A stretch of DNA of 64,000 nucleotides, from contig JBITNC010000001.1 in assembly GCA_050084985.1 (NCBI GenBank), positions 167,772,001 to 167,836,000 on the forward strand, read 5' to 3'. The first letter of the stretch is position 1, and every line of letters begins with the position of its first letter. This DNA comes from Nageia nagi (lineage: Eukaryota > Plantae > Pinophyta). The position numbers and the translations under genes are program-made. Below the pieces are notes generated by a model. It was not told the origin of the DNA and searched no databases. It was given only the letters and a program-made list of their open reading frames with translations. Positions 1 through 14,390 of the stretch are shown here, one piece after another.

Positions 1-2332
1 TATAGAGTAGGTCTTGCATACAGTAGCTAGAGCTTGCTATTTTTCAATGATTGATGATTACTTAAAATTTAACTAGATTTGGGTGAAAGATGAATATCAA
101 TACAAAATTGCATTTACAACCAAATGGGGGACATTTACTTTTTAAAGAATGTTTTTTTATCTTTCTAATGCAGGAGCTACTTTTCAAAGGGCCTTGGATC
201 ATGCATTTGGTGAACTAATAAATAAGATTATATTGGTCTATCTGGATGAAATCATAATATTCTCTAAAAGAAAAAAGGATCATCTAGAACATCTTAGATA
301 AGTTTTTAAAAAATGCATGAAATTTGGCATTTCAATTAATCCAAAAAAATTAGTTTTTATGGTTAACCAAGAAACATTACTTGGCCACATTATCTCAAAG
401 GAAGGATTAGTGATAGATCTAGATAGAGTGAAAGCTATTGAAGTATTGCCAATTCCTTTCAATAAAAAAACCTTGCAATCATTTCTTGGTTAGATCAATT
501 TTGTTAGAAAATTCATTAATGATTTTTTGAAAATTATATCCCCAATCACTTCAATGCTAAAAAAAGGTGTATTCTCTTGGTCAAGTGAAGGAAAAATATC
601 CTTTAAAGAAATTAAAAGGGCTATAATAGAAACTTTTGTAATTAAAAATCTTGATATGTCAAAAAATTTCATCATGTATGCATATGGAGCAGATAGAAGC
701 ATTACTACAATTCTAACACAAAAACTTGATAACAAAGAAGAACATCACATTGCCTTTCATAGCCAAACATTGCATCAACACCAACAAAGGTACTTATTTA
801 TTGAAAATCAAGTGTTTCCCATAATAAAGGAACTAAAAATTCAAGCAATATGTCTCCCATAATAGAATCCTTATATTTACTATCCATCCAGATGTAAGAA
901 ATTATGTTATATAAGGAGATCTAGGTGAAGGAAAGGCTAGTTGGATTACTAAATTAATGGAATATGATATAGAAATTAAGCCAACCAAGCTGATTAGAGG
1001 TAGGGCTCTCTATGAAAATATAGGTAAAGTTGCACATATGATCATTGTTATAAAATATGAATAGCAACTCAATAAAGAAAGTGATTGGATTAAACAAATG
1101 AGTTTTTTTTTCAAACTGGTATGTGTCTTGAAACTCTAGATAGATTTCAACGAAGGAGATTCAAGTTGCATGCCCTCAAGCTTATGATGATATATGAACA
1201 TCTATATAGAAAAAATTGTGATCAAACCTTATTACAATGTGTGAGTCATGATGAATCCTGAAGAATATTACATGAATTTCATTATGGATTCTCTGGTGAG
1301 CATTGCAATGGATCAACTACAGTAGCAAAAGTATTACAAGCTAGATATTATTGGCCCACCATATTTCAATATTCATTTAAGATTTCTTGAGAGTGTGATA
1401 GATGCAGCAAATTTATGGGAAAGAGAAGGCAAGCTGTTATACCTCTTAAACCTATGGTAGTTGAGGAACCCTTTCAACAATAGGGTATGACTTCATTGGT
1501 GTTATAAATCCAAATTCCTCAATAAGCCATAAGTTCATTTTGACTGTAATAGATTACTTCACTAGATGTTTAGAGACTATTCCATTTAAGAATGTAGATC
1601 AAGCAGTAGTGATAGAAATGATCAAAAAGATAAGCACTACCTTTGAAATCCCATAGACTATTATCTTAGATAATGGCCCTGCATTTATTAGAGGTAACTA
1701 ATCAAACTTTATTGTTGAGTATGGGATGTATAGGTTATTCTCTTCAAATTATTACCCACAAGGTAATAGGTTAGTTGAATCAACTAATAAAAACTTAACT
1801 CAGATCATCAAGAGAATAATTGAAGGGAATCTCAAACAATGACACACATAATTTGACTTTGCAATATGGGTAGATAGAATTAGCATTAAATCAGAAATCA
1901 AAACATCCCCATATGCATTGGTATATGGTACGAGACCTATGTTGCCAATACACATTGAGTTACCAGCATTGAGAGTCCTATAAGAAATGGAGGAACATGA
2001 ATTTGAGCCACTACAATCTAGATATAATTAGATTTTGAATTTGGAGGAAGATTGAAATAAAGCATATGAGTCATTCTAGCATTTCCAACACATTATCAAG
2101 AAATGGTTTGATAAGAAAAAGTCTTCCCAAATGAATTTTGAATCAAGTGATAGTCTTCAAATGGGATGAGGAAAGAGCAAAGCCTAAAACACATCAAAAA
2201 TTTGATTCTCTTTGGAGTGGGGCTTATATCATCACTCAAGCTATGCAAAGTAATGCATTCAAATTGCAAGACATCATCAGATCCTAAGAATTACCTATTC
2301 CTATTAATAAGATCTATTTGAAACATTACTAG
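1..2332 (+). mobile_element. Decayed Ty3/gypsy (Tat/Athila-like) pol: RT, RNase H, integrase
   Basis: Translation across stops gives RT motifs KIAFTTKWGTF, NAGATFQRA, LVYLDE (YLDD), LLGHIISKEG and LQSFLG. RNase H follows (ORF 527-862). The integrase zinc finger is HEFH..H..YYWPT..C..C and the core is IDYFTR / DNGPAF / YYPQG. Domain order RT-RH-INT is gypsy. Many stops and frameshifts. Confidence 0.93.
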
Positions 2333-2841
2333 ATGATAAGGTAATCTTGTAACACCCACTAGATATTGTATAGTATAAATAATTTCAAAAAAATTTATTC
2401 TAAAGTTTGTACATCCTTTAGGCATAGTTACTATAAAGTAGGTATCCATTAATGATAAGCATTAATTAAACATCATCTAGAGTTAATGTCAGTGTCCTAC
2501 TCAACTATCAGCTAAATAAGGTAGCATTTAAGGAAAGATTTCTTTGGATTTCTCAAACAATCACATGGGTACCCCAAGTTAAATTTGGCATGCTCCAAAC
2601 TAACTCATCCAACTTATGCTAGTCCAATCCATATAGTGCATGGATCTTGGCATCTCCAAATATTATTTACCATTAATAGAAGTCTCACAAACCTTGGATG
2701 AATAAAACTTATTGCATACCCTTTAACTCAACACTTAGCCATTCTTGAGCATACTAATTTCCAGAGCTTATAGATTACATAGCAAAGTAGAGTGAAAGAT
2801 AAAGAGTTTCAAGTCCATGTACAATGTGATTATAGTCTCAA

Positions 2842-5800
2842 ATGCAAACTAGAGGTTCTAAAAAGAGTGTTGACACCATGGTAACTTCCCAATCTTCATT
2901 TATAGCTAAAATAGAGACAGTGGATACTAACATAATAGCCATGCAAGAAGAATATCTTGAGAATGCTCTAGGAGTGAATTGGATTGAGATGGGGGTCATG
3001 AATCACATTGATACATGGAGGGTCAACCCTAATTTCATCTTTCTACAACACATGACACTTGAAGTTGCCAAAAAATGAAAATCACTAGCACACTCAAAGA
3101 GAGATGTCATGATTGACCAGTGCCTAGCTTATTATGTGCCCTATGAGTCATTTACTTACCCCAAATTGTTGTATTTAGTGGTGCATAGACATGACCAGTA
3201 GGGTTATCAGATAGGAAAGTTCAAAAACTAAGAGGAGGGAGATGAGACAAAGCCAAAATTTAAAGAAATAATGGACTACTCCCCTAACTCTATTGTCTAA
3301 GCATTTACTATCACAGCTGACTAGACCTTCCATGTGAAAAAATAGATCAATTTATAAAGAGAGAAGAATGACTTCTATGTTAATGAAGATGAGATGATAA
3401 ACTAGATTGGTGAGAGATATCAAGATCACAAAATGACACAACTCTAGCCAAGCTATGAGATAGCTCTATTTGAGAGGAACAAGGATAAAGAAGTGTTGTA
3501 AGCACTAGCAATTATTTTGGGGAAGAAACCTTGATTGAAGTAGATGAAGCCATGGTATGTATGGCTTATAATATCACAAAGACTCATATTTGCTATGACT
3601 TTTTGGCTTTCATTTCTAATTAAATAAAGATATGTCTATTTAAAATTGAAAAATCAAACTTCAAACATTCTTCATATCTTTGGTGGCTCTTAGCCCATCA
3701 AAATCTTAACAAACTTGTAGAGGCATGGTTGCCAGTTCAATTGGTGAATCCTAATGCTGGACCAGTACTAATTGAATTGATAGTGCCAATTTTAAGTAAG
3801 TTACATGGATCATACTATGAGTTCATGGATAGATTCTATGCAATAATAGTGCAAATTTTGACCAAAAGACTCTATAGCAGATTGTACAAAAGTGCAATAT
3901 GAGAGCTATAGGGAAGAAATAAAGTCAATGATTAGTACTTCCTAAAAGACCACATCATGATAATGAGGTATGGATATTTTGAAAAAACCTTTTTCTTACC
4001 TAAATATGTAACCCCTTGATTATATTCCATAGAAAAAGAAAGGTAAATTTGTGCCATAAAGACCAAGTATGGGTCTAAGGGTAGTTTTAAATCTATTGTA
4101 AATATACTAGCTTCTACTAAAAATTTCACTCTTTTAGAAGTAGGTTGTAAAGATAGCATAGCAAAATTCCTTGTATAGAATTTCAAATTAGATATAGCAG
4201 AGGTTCCATGGATGTATGACTTTTCAGGAGAAATGACCAAAATAATAAGGTCAAATGAGAAGCATCTAGCCTTTTTCCATGAGTATAGACCTCTTGTGAA
4301 ATATTTTGTAAATAAAATTGACCAAGAAGTAGATATGTACCTTGAGTGGGAATTCACTCCCCTAAAAAAGGCTTGGATGGCCCTTGAAGGGATAAGGAAA
4401 TATAGGAATTGAAAAAATAAGTGACAAGATTTTGCCCTCAACCCAAAAATCCTCACCTAATTAATAGGTTTTGGGTGGGGCCTTAATAAAATCCATTATT
4501 TTACAAAATTTAGATCTGAGTATATAATAAAAATTCATCACATTGAGAGTGAACTATTTGATAAATTCAAATATGACAAGTTCTAGGAGGCTAAATATGC
4601 TAAAGACCATTTGCTAGAATTAAGCCAACCTCTTCCTCCACATTTTCATGGAAAATCTATTACAAGAGTAAGGTAAGTAGAGGTTGGTCAACCATCGAGC
4701 TCAGTAGAGCCTATAAAGAAGGGAGAATAAAATCCCTCAGATACTACTACCACTTCCTAGGAGTATTATCTAAAAAAAAGAAGGAGAATTCAAACCCTTA
4801 CTAAGAAATAATAAACCCCAAAAAAGGATGAAAAACCTATTAAAAAGCTTCACACCACTTAGCCAAGATCATAAAGGATTGCGCCTCCACCTCTAAAAAT
4901 CATAGAAGAAATTTTAGAGGTTATGGCAAAAGAGGAAGAAATTTTTGATATAGAGGAATTACAAGAGCCTCAAGATGTAGACACTCATGCTCAACAAGAA
5001 GTCCTAGCATAAGAAGAAACCCTAAAAAATAAATGCATTCAAGTTCAACAATGTGGGGGAATGTACTTGGAGCTAGTAGATTTGTAGCAGCCACACCTAG
5101 AGGTGGATCGGGCAATGATGGTGGTGATGATGATGAATTCAAGAGGAAAAGAGACTTTAACCCAATAGATAAAGATGATGATGATGATAAGGTCATGGAG
5201 GAGGTAGAGAAAGAGATAGAAATTCAAGATCCTACACCTCCCAAGCAATCAAAACCTACACAATAGGTCACGACATCTACCTCAGGTGTAATTACTCCTT
5301 CCCATTCTTTAATTCCTATAGCCTCCTAGGAGGAGATTAAATCCATTTTTTCTACACAAATTGTAGAGCCCATTGATTTGGTAACTTTTTTTAATAAGCC
5401 TCTTGTACTCCTTGAGAAATAGTCAAGAATTTTGAGTAAAGTGATAGAAATAGGAGATATTAAAATAGCATAGATGTCTTTCAAAGAAGGACAATTAGAT
5501 ACTGCTCTCATAGCAATAATTAATGTAAATATGTAGAGTGCTCTAGCAATTGACTAGTCTAGATTCCTTGTAAATACATCAATGGTGGTTGGAAAAAGTC
5601 TTCAATAAATGGAGACTAAGATAGAGAAATTAAATAAAAAAATAGATCAATACAAGAAAGACTACTCCCTTAAATACAAAATAGTGTTTAGGTTGTAGAA
5701 TAAAAATAAAGACTTGATAAAGCTTGATAAGCCAAAATTAGAATTTGAAAAAATTTTAACAACAAAGGCTAAGTTAGATACTACAAATCAAATAATACAA

Positions 5801-6650
5801 GATCTTAAAGCTTAGGCTACAGTCGTAGATGCTTAAAAGGTTAAGCAAGTTGAGGTTGAGCTACAAAATATCATTGGTACTAATAATGTATTATCTGATG
5901 ATAATTCAAAATTATGGTTGCTCATAAAAGATTTCATAAAATCCTTAGTGGAGCAAGTTAGAGATAGAATGGTGACATTATCACACTTGCATCTATTAAA
6001 GAAATAGGCACTACAAGCAATCAAGTAGTTTAACACATAAATCACTCTCCATTAGTTGGCTCTAGATATACCAAGGTCAATTTTAGAGAAAATGCAAAGC
6101 TGGTTAAGAGTCCTAACTAAGAGGGACATAGTGGCCATTACTCCTAGATTAAGATAATTATATTTGAGGAGGATCTGATATATATGTTAACTCCAAAATT
6201 TGGTGTTCAACATGGACATTGGTAAGCACCAGCTCACAACATAGTTAGGATTCATAAATAAATTCTTTAATTCTTTGATTGAGATGAAAGCTCTCAAATT
6301 ATGGGAAGAATAGAATGTACAGGGTAGTGCTACCAGTTGGATAGCCAATACCATTTAATTCCTTAATAAATCCTTTTTTGAGAAGTAAATCTCATATTTA
6401 CAACAAATAAATGACCTCACTCAAGAGGCAATCACAAGGTTCCTACATGCTAGGAGGCTAGAGAATATTCTAACAGGCTTCAAAGTAGACACTATAAAGA
6501 TTCAAGCATCCCCAATTCTATCACAAATTGATTTTTAAGATATTAAGGATTTAAATAAGAAGATGCACCCATTCCTCCCAATAGAGCTAATTCCACCTCT
6601 TAAAATCCCTGCTAAGTATACATCTGAATAGGCTACTAGAACCAACAAAT
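2842..6650 (+). pseudogene. Long decayed extra ORF of the gypsy element, downstream of integrase
   Basis: ORF fragments 2842-3078, 4212-4412 and 5033-5266 lie in a near-continuous protein-like reading interrupted mostly by TAA/TAG/TGA. It has a globular-looking N half (SSYLWWLLAHQN; YFLKDHIMIMRYG..LPKYVTP), a charged low-complexity linker and a K/E/L-rich coiled-coil-like C part. Confidence 0.65.
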
Positions 6651-6970
6651 AATGTGTCCTATTCTCTAGCAAGTAGAGACCTTAAGGGCCACCAAAAGAT
6701 TGTATTCCTTCATAATTACACTTTGAGTTGAGGTAATACACTATCATTCTTTTATTATTTCATTCTTTTCACAAATTCTTTCTATTCCAATTCTATTCCC
6801 TTTAACATGAAATTTGAATCTTCTATGAGCCCTTAATCTAAAGAATTGCGAGTGTTATTAACAATTAGTTATTGTATATACAATATGGATATTGTATATG
6901 CAATTTAGCTATTATATGTGCAAGTGTTTATCTTAGATATTTTTCCTTGTAAATACAAAGTGTCTTAGAT

Positions 6971-7240
6971 ATCAAATATAATCTATCGATTTTGAGAAAT
7001 GACATCATAATTTTGGTCTAAAATCAATGGGTCCTAGAACAAGTAACGATTGATGAAGATTCACTAAGGTATCAAATAAAGCTCATTGATTTTAAGTAAT
7101 GATATCACAATTTTGGTCTAAAATTAGTAGGTCTCAAAACAAGTAATGATAAGTGAAGATTCATGAAGGTATCAAATAGAGCCCACCAATTTTGAGCAAT
7201 GACATCATAATTTTTAGCTAAAATTAGCGAGTCTAGAAAG
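6971..7240 (+). repeat. 100 bp tandem repeat, ~2.7 copies, in the gypsy 3' untranslated region
   Basis: ATCAAATA..ATGACATCATAATTTTGGTCTAAAAT units start at 6971, 7071 and 7171. Confidence 0.9.
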
Positions 7241-7806
7241 AGTTAGATCATCAACAAAGCCTAGAGAAGAGAAATAGAACCTGCCAAACTAAGGTAAGAG
7301 TAATGGGTAAGAAGTAACAATTGGGTCCACTTGATCTTAAATGTTTAATCCTTGGGACCCTATTAATGTGTCAACTCTAACTCATTTCCACATAACAATG
7401 GTAGTTTCTTCTCAAACTAAGTTGATATATTATTCATGAACCCCCATTACTCTATTTATTCACATCCACAATATGGATCACCAATATTTCTAGAGAAGTA
7501 GATAGCTACCGATAGAGCACAATACCAGATCGTACCTATCAAATTGTAAATAAGAACTTATTCAATTAGCTATAGTGCCATCTTCAATCAACTATAGGGT
7601 CAAAGAAGCTACAGTTAATGACATGTCAGAAGGATTGCAGCTCTATGGACATGACTATTTAGAAATTACAAATTTCCATATAGTCATGTTGTTGTTACTT
7701 ATTCATTATGTAATCTAACATAGTTGTAGTATTTATTGTGAATAGGTTTTTTTACTAGCTTCATTCAACATGTGTAATTATGTATGTTAATGAGATATAA
7801 CCACCC

Positions 7807-8200
7807 AAAAATGGAGAAAGATGTATACATGGTGAACTATTAGAAATTAAAAAGTTAGACATTTTAGGAAATTTGCCCAAATTTGTAAGATACTTTCACA
7901 TATGATATTACAAATAGATAATGCTTTGTCCTCCTAAAACAAGTGGTTGTTTATTGGTTTTGTGAATGTTATGTGTTAGATGTTTTCTTATAATTATGGT
8001 TGTGTATTGTGATTATGAGACCCTAGGGGTAAGATAGCTTGCTATTCTAAATCCTAGCTATGGATTGCTGCTTGTGCTACAATTCTTGGGTTGTATATTT
8101 CTTGTTTTAGTTTCACTTCAATTTGCTTACATCTTTCCTATAACTCTTTACCTTTTTATCTTTTTCTTGTTACTTTAAAACTTCATAATAGATAGGAACT
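7807..8200 (+). mobile_element. Probable polypurine tract and start of the 3' LTR of the gypsy element
   Basis: AAAAATGGAGAAAGA followed by TGTA at 7822, the same style as AAAGCGGAGCAAAA-TGTA before the matched LTR at 41444. The LTR end is not resolved. Confidence 0.45.
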
Positions 8201-8339
8201 AGCCTATAATCTAAAGATTGAGCAGAAAATCAACATGAGCACATTCCCACCACCTTCTAATCTCTCAAGGAACATACTATTGTAGGTAGTGTAGAACACA
8301 ACTAGACCAAACCCTTTGAGGTTACACTATACCAATCAA

Positions 8340-9440
8340 TAGTTCCTTTATAATTTAGGAAGGTAGAACACATTATAAATAATCATATCTGGAAGGCCTA
8401 GCAATTTGAGTCTCATAGTACCAATACCTAAAGGTTTAATATAGGATCTATCAGCAAAGTATGCCACATTATCAATGGTGGTATTCATCTCCTTAAATAA
8501 GTCCCATTGAAATGACATCTGACATGTTGCACCAGTATCAAGCAATCATGCATCCTCCAAACATGCATATGAAGTATTACATAAATTTTCAATTGTAGCA
8601 TTATAATGAGTTGTAACATAGTGAATGGAATCAAGATTCTTACTCTTGTCATGCTTCTATTTTTTATTCCTTTCTTTGATCTTATCCTATGGAATGCGAT
8701 AAGTATTAGCTTTATGGCCTCATCTATCACATCTTTTACAATGGAGATTGTTCCTCTCATCATGATCACCTTCATTATATCTACCCTCCCTACCTTTATG
8801 ATTCCTCCTACCATGACCATAGTTACTACTTTCACCTTGAGAAGATTCATATGCAACATTCATTCCCTTTTGAGAAATATACAATGTATTTTAAGTAGGA
8901 TTGCTAGATTTCTTACCAAATTCCTTCTCATGTTTTGCAATCTTATCCACCAAAGTATCAAATATGAAAGACTTCAAGTTACCACTAGCTTACAAGGATT
9001 CAAGCTAATTTGAATATGTAGGGTGCAATGCCTTAATCAAACCTACAAGAGCAATATCAATCTTCATACCAATAGAGTCACTATCTTGCATTATTACTCT
9101 AATTTCATAAATCAATGTCATGGGATAATCATTTTTTAACTCTAAGTTAAAAAAGTTTCAATTGCAATTGGATTAATTCCAATTCAAAATGGGATTCAAA
9201 CAAGTATTTGAGTCTCTTTAGTGCATTCCATGCATCATTTATGGAGTTTATATGGTGGTTAACCTCTTCACTAACCAAAGTTGCAATCAAAGCATATGTC
9301 TTACTATTTTTCATGTTCCAGACCACAAGCTCCTTGACATTAGTTGGTTTGGTAGGTTGATTATCACCATCACATACACCAATCCACAAATAATTGAAAA
9401 TCAAGGTATGCTTTATTTTTCTAGACCACTCTGACTAATT
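8340..9440 (-). mobile_element. Ty1/copia gag-protease remnant
   Basis: ORF 9147-9404 resembles copia gag (WNMKNSKTYALIATLVS..AWNALKRLK). ORF 8348-8545 has the copia protease motif LDTGATCQM..GIGT..NVFYLPKL. Confidence 0.85.
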
Positions 9441-12400
9441 ATCTTTCCAATTAATACAACACCAAAAATACTCAAAAGGGAATGCATATTTGTAATAAAA
9501 ATTTTAAACTTTAGTTATTTTGCTTTTCAAACTTTTACAATTCAAAAATTGCATAAACTTTTTCAAAAAAAAACATCCATACAAAACCAAAATTCTTTTT
9601 GCTCACACCATACCAAAAATATAAAAAGAATAGGATCTCAAAAGAGATTTATTACATCACATGTCTCCTCTTACGAGGAGGATTTCTTTTAGGAGGCATG
9701 TTATGAGGAGATGACATAGTAAAAGTAGAAACAACATCAGATAATTCAACAACATCATCTTGGTCTTTATTATCCTTAACATCAGCCAAATAACATGTTT
9801 CCAACTCTAATTTATTTTTTCAGCTTCAATTGTGATACAATAATCTAAAGTGTGAAATCCTCCAATTATGTAAAATTCACCAAAATTTGAATCAAATGTC
9901 ATACCATATTTTCCAATATTTTTTTATTGCATGTCAAAAATAGTATCCATCAACTGACATAACTAAAATTTGAACTAAATTTTGATCTCAACAAAAAAAA
10001 TTCATTGAAAAAGGAGTTTGTTTCACCAAGTTATGGCCAAAAATATCTTCAAAATTTGAAATTACCCAAAAATTAGATTTAAATGCTAATTATGTACTAT
10101 TGATTATGTAAAATGTTGATTGGGTAGGTCAAATCTATTGACTATATGGTATCAAGTCATCATTCCAATCAATTGGCAATGAATAGTCTAAAAGCGCAAC
10201 ATGTCAGGTAGAGGGATGCAAGTTTGTGAAAATGGTGGGTAATCTATTGCTAGGTGAGAGGAACCAACAGAGGCACCACATGGTGGAAGGCATAGTTGGC
10301 ATGGTAGAAAACTAAAATGGGAAGTGGAAGGGTTGAACAATGGATAGCATGTTAGGTAAACTATAGGCAAGTGAGGTGGAAGTACATGGGATACTATTGG
10401 GAACATTGGAAAATGGATATAAGATGCATACAATGGGTGACATGTTCATTTTTATGGGATACATGGGGCTAGGTCAAACCCAAGTGTGGCTCAAACTAGT
10501 GCATGTAGTATGGAATGAGTGCACGAGGGTAGGGGTATTCTTGAAACACGCAAGGGAGCTTTACAACAATGGAGAGCTTAAAATAATGATGAGGTTGAAT
10601 AAAATTTTAATGCATGACCAAGGTTGGTTGGATTATGTGTAGAGTTGTTTTAAATAGTGGGACTAAGATTTTTTTTTATAGTGCATGGATGGATATCAAA
10701 GTATATGGAAATGGGTTTCTTTGTGAGGTTTTAATATCGAGACCACATAATCCATAAATAAGTAATAATACTTTTTACTTTTTTATTTTTCTTTCCAAAA
10801 TAATAACAAAACCACTAAACTTCTAAACTAAAACCTTTTAAAAAAAAGTCATAGAATACTTACATAGCTTAAAACTTCAAAACCTGATAACTTCTCTATT
10901 TCTTCACCAAATCACCTCATGCAAAAATCAAAACTACTTTCCTTGAAAAAGGGTATCCAAATATCATTGGGGGTTAAATTTTAGGAAATAGTAAATAGCA
11001 TGTGCATCCTACCAAGGGATTTTTTAATATAAAGTTGAATTATTGATATATTGGTAAGTATTTTATAAGGGAAGGGGGTAGGGGTGTTTAAAATTCATGC
11101 AATATATTTTACCAACATCAATGATGAATATTTATATATCATCTATATCTTATTAAAGTATCTTTTCTAATTCCATACCCTTCAAGTTTTCCATATCAGC
11201 GTTAAGAGGCTAAGTTTGAAGATTATTCATTTATTATCAAATTGACCATGAAAATCTCTATTTAAATGGGTCAAAGCTATTTCTTTCATGTATATAAGAT
11301 ATGTATTTTAGGAAAAGGTTATCCATCGACCATAATTAACCACATACCATGTGCATATATCAAAAACCTATCACCACTCCCTCATCCTCTCCTTCTCTTT
11401 GCTTCCCTTCACATGTGGGTCCAACAAATTTCCAATTATCTTATCGTGTGTGTATGTCAAATGATTTTTAGTGTGATTTTTATTTTCACTTTAAAGTGAT
11501 CTTATTTTGCATATTTCTTTTTCAAATAAATACTTTTTTCTCCATCTTAGGATTCATCATTTTGGGTGACTTTAAATAGTGAGAGATAATAGTTTCTGGC
11601 AAAGTTTTGAACTACTATAATTCCAAGTGACAATATCAAGGGGTAAAAGTACTAAGGGGTGTTAAAAAATGATTTAATTTTTTTTTATAAAATGATATAT
11701 TTTTAAAAAAAAGGGTGGTTACTTACTATATAGGAGTTTACCATGAGGGGTTTAATAAATTAAAAGAGAAGGTGGTAAATTTTTTAAAAAGGTTTTTTTT
11801 TAATAAGCCCATGGACATAGGTGTTATAAAAAAATTTTATTAAGTGATCCCCTTGTACCAAATATGTGGTCAAAATGGATTTTAGTGCTCAATTTTAGAG
11901 AAAATGAGAGCAAAGTTTTGGGATGGAATTTTGGTAACATTTTTTATCAATTTAATGGAGTTAGAGAATGAAACCCTCACAACTTTAATATGAATGCCAA
12001 GATAGATGAATCTAATATCAAAAAGCATTATATTAGGTTAGAATAATGCCTTAATACACTAGAAGATTAAATCTTCATATTCACCTTCTTAGGTGACCCT
12101 TGAGATACAATGTAACTATTCATATTCTTCTAGAAATGACACTTAGAATTCTAGCACACATAAAGCTACAAATTTACTAAATATAGTAACCATTACTATA
12201 TTATATTTACCATAATTCCTAAGGATTAGGTGTCTAACAAGGACTTAGGTCTCACATTGTAGGATTAGTCTTCACATGTATCCGAGTGTTGAAGTTGGCC
12301 ATAATGTTGGTGTTAGGGCTCTTAAGGATGCAAATTGGTTGCTTTTGTACTGATGTTGTTTTTATCCTCTAAATAAATGGAAAAGTAAAGGATAGCTATT

Positions 12401-12859
12401 GAATATAACATATTCCAATCTTGATAGGCAATGTTGAGAAACAACATAATTTTGTGAGAGATATGTATAGTTCTATAAAGATGAAATCTTGACAGTCTTC
12501 CCATGCATATAATTCTCAATTTAGGAATATACTTGAATACACCTTTACATCCTAAAATTTATGCTAGTGATATGACTTATAAAATAATATAATTACACAT
12601 GAGAAATAACATAGGTAGATTATACGAGGTGTAATTATGAATTAATTTAGAGGATAATTCTGATGTCCCTAAGTATGGGAGAAGACCTATGTGAGTGAAA
12701 GTTTGATTAATCCTATCTATAGAAGGTTGAGAGCGGAATGGTGACATACATGAACCTCCTACACCCATAGCAAGGTAAATTTATTTAACTTTCTTTTACT
12801 TCTTAGAATGCACCTAGGTATTTGAATTACTCTGTAGGTGAATGGAAAGATAAAAACCA

Positions 12860-14390
12860 TGGCATGAACTTTTTTCCCATGAGGAAAAAATCTATATGGG
12901 GCTCCCATTGTAGGAAACATGGGAACCAAATGGGAAGATTCATTTAAAAGTCCCATAAATAGTTACAAATAGATAGCAAAAAGAGGGCAACTGAGCTTAA
13001 TTGGTAAAGTATAGGGAGCTAGGCTAAATATAGATGATGTGTAGAGATGGGCAAAGTTCAAATGGAAATTGAGAGGAATTCTTGATATAATAGCCTTACC
13101 AAATGAATATTTTCTCTTTATTTTCAAGAATGAATAGGATCAAAAAAAAATTCTAAGCTCTTGATGGTTCATAGGCAACAAGGGATTATTCATAGAGAGA
13201 TGGCATCCCAGATTTGACTTGACTAAAGCACATATCTTAGGAGCACCAATTTCGGTTACACTACCCAACCTCCCATTTGACCTTTGGCACTAAAAGGTTT
13301 TTAAAGGAATTGGTAATTCATTTGGAAGATTTATCAAAATGTATGATGTAACAAAAGCTCAAACATAAATGATATTGGCTCAATTTTATGTCATGGTAGA
13401 ATTCAAGGAGAAACTACCTATATCTATCACTCTAGAAGCAGCAATGGGAGATTTTAAATAAGAAATTAAGTATGAACCAAATAATTTCTTATGCTCCCTA
13501 TGTAATTAGGTTGGTCACATTGCGAGAGTGTGCCTAAAGAGAGTGCTACATGATAAAAAAGAATGGAGATTGAAACCACCCGAGGAGAAACCATATATTA
13601 AAGAAGAAATATAGCAGAATGACCGATAGAAAGGTGAGATCAACCCTAAATAGATTATGGAGAATAACTCAAGCAGACTAAAAGATGGTAAGATAGTGTA
13701 AGGCACTGATGATCATGCTACAAGGGTTGAAAATAACCCTCCAACCAATGAAAATCCATCAAACCCTACAATTGAACCTATGCAACTTAGTATGGATCTT
13801 GATCATTCTCAGAATGAGGAATGGAAAATGGTGAAAAGTAGAAAGAATAGATCTAATCCAATTTAATATAATGACACTACAGGTAAATAAACCTATCAAA
13901 GAGTACTATGTAGTACTTCAAAGAAACCTGATATAGGACAAAGACATGTTGGACAACCAAGTGAAGGAGAACTTAGAGAATTAGAGACTACAAAGGAAGT
14001 TATTGATGGAAAATAAGCAACACATGAATTCCTTAGAAGAGGATTTTTCCTTAAAATTAAGAAGAAATGAGGTGATAATCTACAAGCTACAGGTTTTGTA
14101 GTAGATTCTCTCAGAGAATTGTTGATTCACATAGTAGTAGATTTAAATCTTGAGATTGATAATTATCTAACTATGGTAGCATGTGAAAGGGTGGTATGAA
14201 TAGGAACCAATGGAGAAATTTGATGACCCATAGCTCGTAGTTCTCTTCTCATATATGGGAGAAACTTTTTGATAGTTTTTATCTCAAATGTAACTCTATT
14301 GAATATTTATCACATGTATATATAGGTTTTGGGGCCTTATTTTTTGGAAAACCCACTCTTGTTTTTACCCTTACCCAAAAAAAAACTTAA
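12860..14390 (+). mobile_element. L1-type LINE remnant: ORF1 (DUF4283-like plus zinc knuckle) and short 3' end
   Basis: Translation SLIGKV..RWAKFKWKLRG..YFLFIF..WFIGNKGLFIERWHPRFD..VTLPNLPFDLWH..GIGNSFGRFI..YE..CSLCN*VGHIARVC. A-run near 14377-14386. No ORF2 is visible between them. Confidence 0.8.
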
